The notes beneath the pieces are model-generated. The model ran no database searches and was not told where the DNA came from. It saw only the letters and a list, made by a program, of their open reading frames with translations. Positions 50,397 to 58,438 of a stretch of 64,000 nucleotides of DNA are shown here, piece after piece; the first letter of the stretch is position 1; each line of letters begins with the position of its first letter. Source of the DNA: Candidatus Fervidifonticultor sextus (GTDB taxonomy: Bacteria > Sysuimicrobiota > Sysuimicrobiia > Sysuimicrobiales > Humicultoraceae); the NCBI GenBank assembly GCA_031459875.1, contig JAVKHQ010000002.1, positions 41,965 through 105,964 of the forward strand, written 5' to 3'. The position numbers were made by a program, and so were the translations under genes.

Positions 50397-51587
50397 GTGG
50401 CTGCACCCTCAAGCCCGGCTCCGCGCGCAGGTCTCCCAAGGGACACCGCCCTGAGGTTTGTCGTCCTGCTGGGAGCCGTCAGCCTGTGTGCCGACGCGAC
50501 CTACGAGGGAGCCCGGAGCATCACGGGACCCTTTCTCGCGATCCTCGGTGCTAGCGGCGCGGCCGTCGGCCTGGTGGCGGGGCTGGGGGAGTTGGTCGGC
50601 TACGCGCTCCGCCTGGTCTCCGGCTACTGGAGCGACCGCACGGGACGGTACTGGGCGATCACGCTGTGGGGCTACGCGCTCAACCTGGTGGCCGTCCCCC
50701 TCCTGGCCCTCGCAGGCCAGTGGCCGGTGGCCGCGGCGCTCATGATCGCCGAGCGAACCGGCAAGGCACTGCGCACGCCCGCCCGCGATGCCATGCTGTC
50801 CCATGCCACCAGGAGCATCGGGCGCGGATGGGGTTTCGGCCTGCACGAAGCCCTGGATCAGATCGGAGCGGTGCTCGGCCCCCTGGTCGTGGCGGCGGCC
50901 CTCCACGTCCACGGCAGTTACCGGCTGGGCTTCGCCGTGCTGCTGATCCCTGCGCTCCTGGCATTGGGTATCCTGGCGGCCGCGCGCCTGCTCTACCCTC
51001 GTCCCAGAGACCTCGAGGTGGGTCCCCCGGCGCTGGACGCCTCCGGATTCCCGCGCGCCTTCTGGCTCTACCTCGCCGCGGTGGCGCTGGTGGCGGCCGG
51101 GTACGTGGATTTCCCGCTCATCGCCTACCACTTCGAGAAGCGGGCGGTCGCCCCGGCAGGCTGGATTCCCATCTTCTACGCCGTCGCCATGGGGGTGGAC
51201 GCGCTCGCCGCGCTGCTCTTCGGCCGGATCTTTGACCGGATCGGGATCGGGGTTCTGGCGGTCGTGTCTCTGGTCTCCTCGCTGTTCGCGCCCCTGGTCT
51301 TCTTGGGGGGATTCCACTTTGCGCTCGCCGGCATGGCGCTCTGGGGGGTGGGCATCGGCGCGCAGGAGTCGATCATGCGGGCCGCCGTGGCCGGCATGGC
51401 GCCCGCACACCGGCGCGGATCCGCCTACGGCCTCTTCAACGCGGGGTATGGCGTGTTCTGGTTCCTGGGCAGTGCGCTGATGGGGCTGCTCTACGATGTG
51501 TCGATCAGGTCACTGATCGTCTTCTCGGTGGCGACGCAACTGGCCTCCATCCCCCTGATCCTCGCGACGAGACGGGCCGTCCAGTGA
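50397..51587 (+). CDS. MFS transporter
   Basis: DATYEGARSI, ERTGKALRTPARD, GFGLHEALDQIGA, QESIMRA. Confidence 0.9.
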   Translation: MAAPSSPAPRAGLPRDTALRFVVLLGAVSLCADATYEGARSITGPFLAILGASGAAVGLVAGLGELVGYALRLVSGYWSDRTGRYWAITLWGYALNLVAVPLLALAGQWPVAAALMIAERTGKALRTPARDAMLSHATRSIGRGWGFGLHEALDQIGAVLGPLVVAAALHVHGSYRLGFAVLLIPALLALGILAAARLLYPRPRDLEVGPPALDASGFPRAFWLYLAAVALVAAGYVDFPLIAYHFEKRAVAPAGWIPIFYAVAMGVDALAALLFGRIFDRIGIGVLAVVSLVSSLFAPLVFLGGFHFALAGMALWGVGIGAQESIMRAAVAGMAPAHRRGSAYGLFNAGYGVFWFLGSALMGLLYDVSIRSLIVFSVATQLASIPLILATRRAVQ

Positions 51588-51611
51588 CTCACCGCCGGAG
51601 GGAAGGTCAGC

Positions 51612-52343
51612 CTACCCCCGCCACACCATCCCGGGCGCGCCGCTGACCTTGTGCAGGACGCGGCGCCAGGCCGTGCGCTCGCCGTCGCTCATCGGTTCCT
51701 CCCGGAACCGATAGTCGTGCTTGCGCCAGAACTCCTCAAGGTCGCGCACCAGGCGCTCCATCAGCCCGCGCTCGGTTTCCAGCAACCACCGTAGCGACGC
51801 CTCTCTGCCCACATGGCGCATGACGGCCACGAGGTGCCGGAGGCAGAGCCCCAGGCTTCCTTCGTAGCGGGTGCGGAAGTCCTGGTCGGGCAGGGCCTGC
51901 GCGGTGGCCCACGCGTACCGGTCCTCGCCGTCCCACTGGTCGCTGCAGGCAGGACAGGGCCGCCGCGGTTGTAGCCAGGCGCCGACGGCCCGGGCCAGCG
52001 ACCCGCGCCGCGCCCGGCTCCGGGGCAGCGCCCGCCGTCCGGCGGCGACCAGCGCGGGTGCTCGGGCCAGGTCGACGAAGGCTCGGTGAAACTCGTCCAG
52101 CAGATGCCGGTAGACGATCGCGATGCCGGTGGCGCAGTCGAAGATGGTGGACAGTTGCCAGGCGTGGGCCGGGCAGAAGCCGCGCGCGTCGATAAACGCC
52201 GTGCGCGACCACGGGTCATTCACCCGTTCGTAGAGAAAGCCGTCGAGGAAGCGCCGGGTTCCGGTCACGCAGAGGTGGCAGATGGCGCAGTGCTGCGCAT
52301 CAAGCGTCTCATAGACGGCATGGAACAACTGATCTCGCTGCAT
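51612..52343 (-). CDS. DUF6062-like Cys/His-rich protein
   Basis: Duplicated module CAIC...YERVND...GFCPAH and CPAC...GLCLRH; RKHDYRF near the C-terminus. Confidence 0.8.
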   Translation of the reverse strand: MQRDQLFHAVYETLDAQHCAICHLCVTGTRRFLDGFLYERVNDPWSRTAFIDARGFCPAHAWQLSTIFDCATGIAIVYRHLLDEFHRAFVDLARAPALVAAGRRALPRSRARRGSLARAVGAWLQPRRPCPACSDQWDGEDRYAWATAQALPDQDFRTRYEGSLGLCLRHLVAVMRHVGREASLRWLLETERGLMERLVRDLEEFWRKHDYRFREEPMSDGERTAWRRVLHKVSGAPGMVWRG

Positions 52344-52359
52344 GCCTCAGGTGCGCCCC

Positions 52360-52791
52360 CTAAGGTCCCTCTTCGCCCGCGGGCCGGTCAGACGGCGCGT
52401 CCGCGCCTCCCGTTCCCCCTTCACGGTCGGTCAGGGCCTGCCGCAGACGATCCCGCCGCGCGCGCTGCTGGCGGATCGAGACCTCAAACTGGCGGTTGGA
52501 GCGCTCGAGTCCGGTGAGATTCAACCTCAGCGTGCGGATGGCCTCGTCGGCGATGTAGGCGCGCTGGCGCAGGACCGCCATCTCGGCGCGGGCAGCCATC
52601 CACTCGTTCTGGATCTGCTCGATGGTCAGCGACGGCGCCAGCATGGCGTCAGCGCCGTAGGCCAGCAGGATCTTGACGGCCTCCTGGGGGGTCCAGCCCT
52701 TCATAGCGATGAAGGCGTCGAGGCGGGCCCGCAGACGGTCGGGGAGGCGCACTGCGATCCGCTCAAGGGATGGGAAGATCACCTCACCCAT
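52360..52791 (-). CDS. Hypothetical protein: RHH-like N-terminus plus coiled coil
   Basis: IAVRLPDRLRARLDAFIAMKGWTPQEAVKILLAYG then a heptad-rich helix; start overlaps the upstream stop; good RBS. Confidence 0.7.
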   Translation of the reverse strand: MGEVIFPSLERIAVRLPDRLRARLDAFIAMKGWTPQEAVKILLAYGADAMLAPSLTIEQIQNEWMAARAEMAVLRQRAYIADEAIRTLRLNLTGLERSNRQFEVSIRQQRARRDRLRQALTDREGGTGGADAPSDRPAGEEGP

Positions 52792-53284
52792 GGAATCCCT
52801 TCCCTCCCCTGGCGGGCAACAGGCTGCGAAACCAGTCTCGGAAGGCACCCCTGCGGCCACGTGGAGGGTCGGCACCGGCGGTCTTTCCGTCGGCCTCCTG
52901 CAGGCGAGTCATCAGCGAAGTGCTCTCATCCCGCAGCGAGCGCATGGTTCGCCGGTTCTGCTGCAGTGCGGCGCCCAGGGCGCGGACGGTCTCGCCCAGT
53001 TCGTGGACGATTTTCTCCGCGGCAATCGTCCGGGCACGCATCGAGACCAACAGTGCCTGGGTCTCGCGCCGCTTCAGTTCCTGCCGCTCGACCTCCGCCT
53101 CCTGACCCGGGTGGCCTTCCAGCGCCTTCCATGCCGCCTCGTCCCGGAGAAACCGGTCGAGGCCCTGCTCGAGCAACCACGGCAGCCCATCATCGGGCTC
53201 TCGCCCGGCGGCATCCAGGGCCCGCCGGATCGTCGCCCAATCCTCTGCCAACAACTCGACCTCAATACTCCCGGGCACCCCCAC
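52784..53284 (-). CDS. Hypothetical protein: RHH-like N-terminus plus coiled coil (start approximate)
   Basis: IEVELLAEDWATIRRALDAAGREPDDGLPWLLEQG then a long coiled coil; first ORF after the riboswitch terminator. Confidence 0.7.
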   Translation of the reverse strand: MGVPGSIEVELLAEDWATIRRALDAAGREPDDGLPWLLEQGLDRFLRDEAAWKALEGHPGQEAEVERQELKRRETQALLVSMRARTIAAEKIVHELGETVRALGAALQQNRRTMRSLRDESTSLMTRLQEADGKTAGADPPRGRRGAFRDWFRSLLPARGGKGFHG

Positions 53285-53330
53285 GCTGCCACCGTCCTGC
53301 GTGCCGACGCTGCAGACCGTGCGCCGAAGC

Positions 53331-53366
53331 AAAAAGCCCCTACCGACTCTGCCAGTCAGTAGGAGC
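53331..53366 (-). terminator. Intrinsic terminator of fluoride riboswitch 2
   Basis: GCTCCTACTGACT-GGCAG-AGTCGGTAGGGGC-TTTTT. Confidence 0.85.
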
Positions 53367-53408
53367 TATCAGCCTCGCGTCACAAGGCGATCGGCGAGCT
53401 CCATCGCC
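53359..53408 (-). ncRNA. Fluoride riboswitch (crcB motif) 2
   Basis: GGCGATGGAGCTCGCC-GATCGCC-TTGTGACGCGA-GGCTGATAGCTCCTAC; pseudoknot GGAGC/GCTCC covaries relative to copy 1. Confidence 0.9.
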
Positions 53409-53428
53409 TATGTACTTGTCGTACATTT

Positions 53429-53457
53429 ATCCTAAATCGCATCGGGCGGCTTGTCAA
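53429..53457 (-). promoter_or_regulatory. Sigma70 promoter for fluoride riboswitch 2
   Basis: TTGACA-17 bp-TAGGAT. Confidence 0.8.
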
Positions 53458-53517
53458 ACGCAGACTCGGGAGAGCCTGCCTCGTCGGCGAGTCCTGTGCG
53501 GCCATCCCTCGGGCCCG

Positions 53518-54423
53518 CTACGCCTCCCGGCCCACCTCCGCCACTACGATCCCGACCAGAATCAACAAGGCACCAAACGCCTGCCGGCCGCTCAGGACTT
53601 CTCCCAGCAGGAGATACGCGGCCACTGCGGCGGCCACGGGCTCAAAGGTGAACATCAACCCCGTGTGTGAGGGGCTCGTGAACCGCTGCGCCCAGGTCTG
53701 GATCACGAGCGCACCCACGGTGGCGGTGGTCGCCATGAAGAGGATCATCCCCCAAATGCCCGGCGGCGCAGCGACCAGCGCGCGCAGGGGGCGCTCCACG
53801 GACGCCGCCAGCGTACTGAGCGCCGCCACCGAGACCACTTGGGCCGCCGCGAAGGCCAGGGGGTCCAGTGCCGGGCCCAGGCGCCCCACCAGCACAATGT
53901 GCAGGGCGAAGCAGAAAGCGCACCCCAGCACCAGCAGGTCCCCCAGATTGGCGCCGATCGGGTCGTCAAGCGTGAGCAGCGCGAGTCCGGCGCTCGCAGT
54001 GGCGATGCCGGCCCAGACCCGGCCCCGGGGGCGGCGCCGCAGCCACACCGACGCGATCACCGGCACCAGGACGACCGAGAGCCCGGTGATGAACGCGGCC
54101 TTCGAGGCCGTGGTCAGCCGCAATCCGACGGTCTGCAGCCCATACCCGAGGAAGAAGACCACGCCGACCGCGGCGGCCTGTATCCACGGGCGCGCGGGCA
54201 GCGCGGCCCGCCGCGCGGGCGCCACGGCGATCATGAGGACGGCCCCGATGGTGAAACGCGCCGCCAGGTAGGCGAACGGCGGAAGCGCCGCCAGCACCAT
54301 CTTCCCCAGCGGGAAGGTCAGGCCCCAGACGGCAGCCACGGCGAGCAGCGAGAGGTCAGCGGCCAGACGGAGCCGCACCGATCCGCCTGGCCGCAGCGAT
54401 ACGGCCGACATGATGCTCCCCAT
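53518..54423 (-). CDS. DMT/EamA family transporter
   Basis: VWGLTF, LQTVGL..TTASKAAFIT, GDLLVLGCA, FEPV. Confidence 0.9.
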   Translation of the reverse strand: MGSIMSAVSLRPGGSVRLRLAADLSLLAVAAVWGLTFPLGKMVLAALPPFAYLAARFTIGAVLMIAVAPARRAALPARPWIQAAAVGVVFFLGYGLQTVGLRLTTASKAAFITGLSVVLVPVIASVWLRRRPRGRVWAGIATASAGLALLTLDDPIGANLGDLLVLGCAFCFALHIVLVGRLGPALDPLAFAAAQVVSVAALSTLAASVERPLRALVAAPPGIWGMILFMATTATVGALVIQTWAQRFTSPSHTGLMFTFEPVAAAVAAYLLLGEVLSGRQAFGALLILVGIVVAEVGREA

Positions 54424-54505
54424 GATATGGATCGCCCGCGCCGGGCGTCAACGCCACCATGCAGGCTCCGCGCCTGCGGTGGCGGAAATCAGTCCTGCCA
54501 AGACC

Positions 54506-56299
54506 ATGAGCGCCGAGGGTTGGATCGCGACCGGGATCCTGGCCGCCACGCTGGCGGCGTTCGCCTGGGGGCACCTGCGGCCTGAGATCGTGGCCATGGC
54601 CGCGGTCCTGGCCCTGGGACTCTCCGGCGTGGCCGCGCCGGCCCAGGCCTTCGCCGGCTTCGGGGACCCGGTGGTCATCACCATCGCATGCCTCTTTGTG
54701 GTGAGTGCCGGACTGGAGCGCACCGGCATGGCCGTGCGCGCGGCCCGTTCCCTGATCGGGGTCCTGGGATCCCCTTCCGAGGTCACCCTCACCGCGGCCC
54801 TGATGGTCCTCGCCGGTCTGCTGTCCGGAATCATGAACGTCATCGGCGCCATGGCCATGCTCCTGCCTGTGGCGCTGGCGGTCTGCCGGGAGACCGGGAT
54901 CAGCCCCACACGGCTGCTCATGCCGCTCGCGATCGGCAGCCGGCTGGGCGGCGCGCTGACCCTGATCGGCAAGCCGTCGAACCTGATCGCCAACGCCTTC
55001 CTGGTGGACGCAGGCTTTCCCTCGCTGTCGTTCTTCTCGTTCCTGCCCGTCGGCGTCGCGCTGCTGGCCGTGGGCGCGGCCTTCATGGCCACGGCCGGGC
55101 GGCGGCTGCTGCCCGCGCAGGCCGATGGGCCTCCCCCTGCCGGCAGGCCGCCCCGCGCCCTCCCGGAGGTCTACCAGATCCGCGAACGGCTCTTCCGCAT
55201 CCGCGTGGACGAGACCGCGCCGCTGGCCGGCAAGACCCTGACCGAAGCGTCGCTGGGTGAATCCTTCGGCATCACGGTCCTGCGCATCACACGGGGACGT
55301 CGCCGCCTGGATGCGCCGGTGCCTGATGAGCGCCTGCAGCCCGGCGACGTGCTCCTGGTGGCGGCGCGGGCCGAGGAGGTGGAGCGGCTGCGCGCCCTGG
55401 GACCGCTGGAAGCCGAACCCGACGTCGGCCCGCGCACGGTGCTCGAGACCGACGAGGTCGGCCTCGCCGAGGTCATGGTCGCGCCGCGCTCCGACTTGGC
55501 CGGCAAGAGCCTCCGGGAACTCGAGTTCCGGCGGCGGTACGGGCTGACCGTCGTCGCGATCTGGCACGCCGGCCGGCCGCGCCGAACCTGGCTGGCGGAC
55601 CTGCCGCTGGAGTACGGGGACGCTCTGCTGCTGCAGGGACCGCGCGAGCGCATCGAGGTCCTCAGGGAGGACCCCAACTTCATCTCGCTGGACGTTCCCC
55701 CGCCCCTGAGGATCGGACGGGCGCCGTTTGCCCTTCTGGCGGCAGCCGCGCTGGTCGTGTTGGGCGCGGCGGGGGTGGCTCCCATCAGCCTGGTCGCGCT
55801 GCTGGCTGCCGGCCTCGTCGTGGCGGGGGGTGGGGTGACGGTGGAAGAGGCCTTCCAGTCGATAGACTGGCGGACGGTGGTCGTCACCGGCGGGCTGCTG
55901 CCGCTGGGACTCGCGCTGCACGCCACCGGGGCGGCGGCGGTGCTGGCCGAGGGCATTCTGGCGGTGGGAGGACACTCGGGGGCCGGCACGCTGGCCGCGG
56001 TCCTGGCGGCGGCGGTGGTCGTCGGTCACTTCGTACCCAGCGTGCCCGCAACGATCCTCATGGCACCGATCGCGCTCTCTGCGGCCGTCGCCGTGGGCGC
56101 GTCACCGGTGCCGTTCATGATCACCGTCGCCTCGGCGACGTCCGTGACGCTGCTCACGCCGATCAGCCATCCCGCAAGCCTGATGGTGATGGGGCCGGGC
56201 GGGTACCGATTCACCGACTACACGCGCGTCGGCGCGCCCCTGGCCCTGCTGCTCGCCCTCACGCTGCTCGCGGTCGTGGCGCTGGTCTGGGGGGTGTGA
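54506..56299 (+). CDS. SLC13 family permease with two TrkA-C (RCK_C) domains
   Basis: AFAGFGDP, LLMPL, LTLIGKPSNL, two RCK_C repeats, TPISHP..LMVMGPGGYRFTDY. Confidence 0.9.
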   Translation: MSAEGWIATGILAATLAAFAWGHLRPEIVAMAAVLALGLSGVAAPAQAFAGFGDPVVITIACLFVVSAGLERTGMAVRAARSLIGVLGSPSEVTLTAALMVLAGLLSGIMNVIGAMAMLLPVALAVCRETGISPTRLLMPLAIGSRLGGALTLIGKPSNLIANAFLVDAGFPSLSFFSFLPVGVALLAVGAAFMATAGRRLLPAQADGPPPAGRPPRALPEVYQIRERLFRIRVDETAPLAGKTLTEASLGESFGITVLRITRGRRRLDAPVPDERLQPGDVLLVAARAEEVERLRALGPLEAEPDVGPRTVLETDEVGLAEVMVAPRSDLAGKSLRELEFRRRYGLTVVAIWHAGRPRRTWLADLPLEYGDALLLQGPRERIEVLREDPNFISLDVPPPLRIGRAPFALLAAAALVVLGAAGVAPISLVALLAAGLVVAGGGVTVEEAFQSIDWRTVVVTGGLLPLGLALHATGAAAVLAEGILAVGGHSGAGTLAAVLAAAVVVGHFVPSVPATILMAPIALSAAVAVGASPVPFMITVASATSVTLLTPISHPASLMVMGPGGYRFTDYTRVGAPLALLLALTLLAVVALVWGV

Positions 56300-56373
56300 A
56301 GTCCGGCGAGGCGATCCCCGTGGCCGCCGTTTGGGGCAGGGCAATCGCGGCGCGCCAGAGAACTCCGTGGGGC

Positions 56374-57291
56374 ATGCGGTTCGGTGCCCACGTCTCCGTC
56401 CGCGACTCCCTCGATCTGGCCGTCGACCGGGCCGTCGCCATCGGCTGCGAGTGCCTGCAGATCTTCTACGGCTCGCCCCGGCAGTGGCGCCAGATTCGCT
56501 ACCCCGACGACGTGCTCGACCGCTTCGTCCAGAAGCGCCGGCGGGCCCGCCTTGACCCCCTGGTGGCCCACGCGGCCTACCTGCTGAACCTGGCCGCGCC
56601 GGAGGCCGGCCTGCGCCGCAGGTCCGTCGATTCGCTTGCAGCCACCCTCCGCGGGGTGGAGCGCCTGGAGGGCCTGGGCGCGGTGACGCACCTGGGCAGC
56701 CGGATGGAGGCGCCGCGCCGCGCGGCCCTGAGGCGCGTGGCGGCCTCGGTGCGCGCCGCCCTCGACGCCACCGCCCGCGCGATGGTCCTCCTGGAGAACA
56801 GCGCGGGTGCCGGCGGTTCGCTGGGGGCGGCGTTCGAGGACCTGGCCGAGGTCTTGGACCTGCTCGGGGGCCACCCCCGGGTCGCGGTCTGCCTGGACAC
56901 CGCGCACCTCTTCGCGGCCGGATGGGATCTGCGCACGCCGGCCGGGGTGGATGCGATGGTGGAGGCGGCCGACCGCCTCATCGGCTGGTCCCGCGTCCGG
57001 CTGTTCCACCTCAACGACTCCGCGGGCGCGCTCGGATCAGGCGTCGACCGCCACGCCAACATCGGCGAGGGCTGGATCGGGCTGGACGGGTTCCGGGCGA
57101 CCGTGACCCATCCGCGGATCCGGCCGCTTCCCGGCATCATCGAGACGCCGGGCTTCGACCGGACGGGGCCAGACCGGATGAGCCTGGCACGCCTGCGGCG
57201 CCTGGCCGGAGGCGGCCGCCGCGCGGCCCGGACGGCGCCCGCGCGCGGCCGAATTGATGTGCCATCCCACGCACAAGGGGATCGCCCGTGA
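56374..57291 (+). CDS. nfo: Endonuclease IV
   Basis: GAHVS, HAAYLLNLA, LLENSAG, CLDTAHLFAAG, HLNDS, DRHANIGEG, ETP. Confidence 0.93.
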   Translation: MRFGAHVSVRDSLDLAVDRAVAIGCECLQIFYGSPRQWRQIRYPDDVLDRFVQKRRRARLDPLVAHAAYLLNLAAPEAGLRRRSVDSLAATLRGVERLEGLGAVTHLGSRMEAPRRAALRRVAASVRAALDATARAMVLLENSAGAGGSLGAAFEDLAEVLDLLGGHPRVAVCLDTAHLFAAGWDLRTPAGVDAMVEAADRLIGWSRVRLFHLNDSAGALGSGVDRHANIGEGWIGLDGFRATVTHPRIRPLPGIIETPGFDRTGPDRMSLARLRRLAGGGRRAARTAPARGRIDVPSHAQGDRP

Positions 57292-58148
57292 ACGCCGACC
57301 GTTACGTGGAGGTCCTGGGCGCCCGCATCCGCTACCGCGTCGAGGGGCGCGGCCCCGCCGTCGTCCTGATCCACGGTCTGGGGGCGTCGCTGGAATCCTG
57401 GCGGTGGACCATTCCGGCGCTGCGCGACCGCTACACGGTCGTCGCGCTCGACTTCCCGGGGTTCGGACGGTCGGAACCCATCCCCACAGCCTACGTGCCC
57501 GACGGCGCAGCGATGCTGACGCTGGCGTTCATGGACGCCATTCGGGTGCCCGATGCGGCCCTCATCGGCGCATCGCTGGGCGGCTCCATCGCCGTCATGA
57601 CGGCAGGGGCCTCTCCAGCACGCTGCGCCGCGCTGGTGCTGGTCGCGCCGGTCGGGTTCGACCGGGCGGTGGGCCTGGGACCGCGGCTGGCGACCCTGCC
57701 GGTGGTCGGTGAGGCGATGATCAGGGCGATCGGCCTGTATCCCCCGCTGGGCGCGCCCCATGCCTTCGTGGACCGCCGCCGCTTCCCCAAAGAACTGATC
57801 GACGCGGCGCGGCGCGACTTCACCGAAGGAACGGCCGGACCGACCTGCCTGCGGGTTGTGCGCAACCTGGCGGGCTTCTGGGGGGTCCGGCCGGAGGTCG
57901 TCGCCAGGGTGCGCGAGGCGGCCTCGCGCATCACGGCCCCGACCCTCATCCTCTGGGGGTCGCGGGACCGCGTGCTGGCACCCCGGCAGGCGACGGCTGC
58001 CGCCCGCGCCATCCCCCGGGCGCGGCTGTACATGATGGACGGCGCCGGGCACGTGCCGTTCATCGAGGAGGCCGGTGACTTCAACACCGCGGTGACCGCG
58101 TTTTTGGCCTCGGTGGACCGGCGCCTCGGCGCCGGCGCGCGGCGGTGA
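57288..58148 (+). CDS. Alpha/beta fold hydrolase
   Basis: LIHGLG, DFPGFGRS, GASLGG, WGSRD, GHVP. Confidence 0.9.
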   Translation: MNADRYVEVLGARIRYRVEGRGPAVVLIHGLGASLESWRWTIPALRDRYTVVALDFPGFGRSEPIPTAYVPDGAAMLTLAFMDAIRVPDAALIGASLGGSIAVMTAGASPARCAALVLVAPVGFDRAVGLGPRLATLPVVGEAMIRAIGLYPPLGAPHAFVDRRRFPKELIDAARRDFTEGTAGPTCLRVVRNLAGFWGVRPEVVARVREAASRITAPTLILWGSRDRVLAPRQATAAARAIPRARLYMMDGAGHVPFIEEAGDFNTAVTAFLASVDRRLGAGARR

Positions 58149-58182
58149 GCGCGGCGGCGCTGAGGCGGTCCGCCAAACGCCG

Positions 58183-58425
58183 GTGAGCGCCGTCACCTGC
58201 GCCCACCATCCCGACCGTACGGCGCTGTCATACTGCGCCGGGTGCGGCAAGGCGCTGTGCGCGGACTGCGTGGTCCGCCTGAGTGTGGGGAACTACTGCG
58301 AGTCGTGCGCCGAGACACCGGATCACCGCCCTCGGGCGGCGCGGCGGAGGGCCTCGCGCCTCTGGCTGTGGGCCGTGCTGGCGGCGCTGGCGATGGCGAT
58401 CTACCTGGTGGTGCGCGCCCTGTAG
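58183..58425 (+). CDS. B-box zinc finger membrane protein
   Basis: CAHHP...CAGCGKALCADC...CESC followed by a C-terminal TM. Confidence 0.8.
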   Translation: MSAVTCAHHPDRTALSYCAGCGKALCADCVVRLSVGNYCESCAETPDHRPRAARRRASRLWLWAVLAALAMAIYLVVRAL

Positions 58426-58438
58426 GGGAGGTCAGGCC

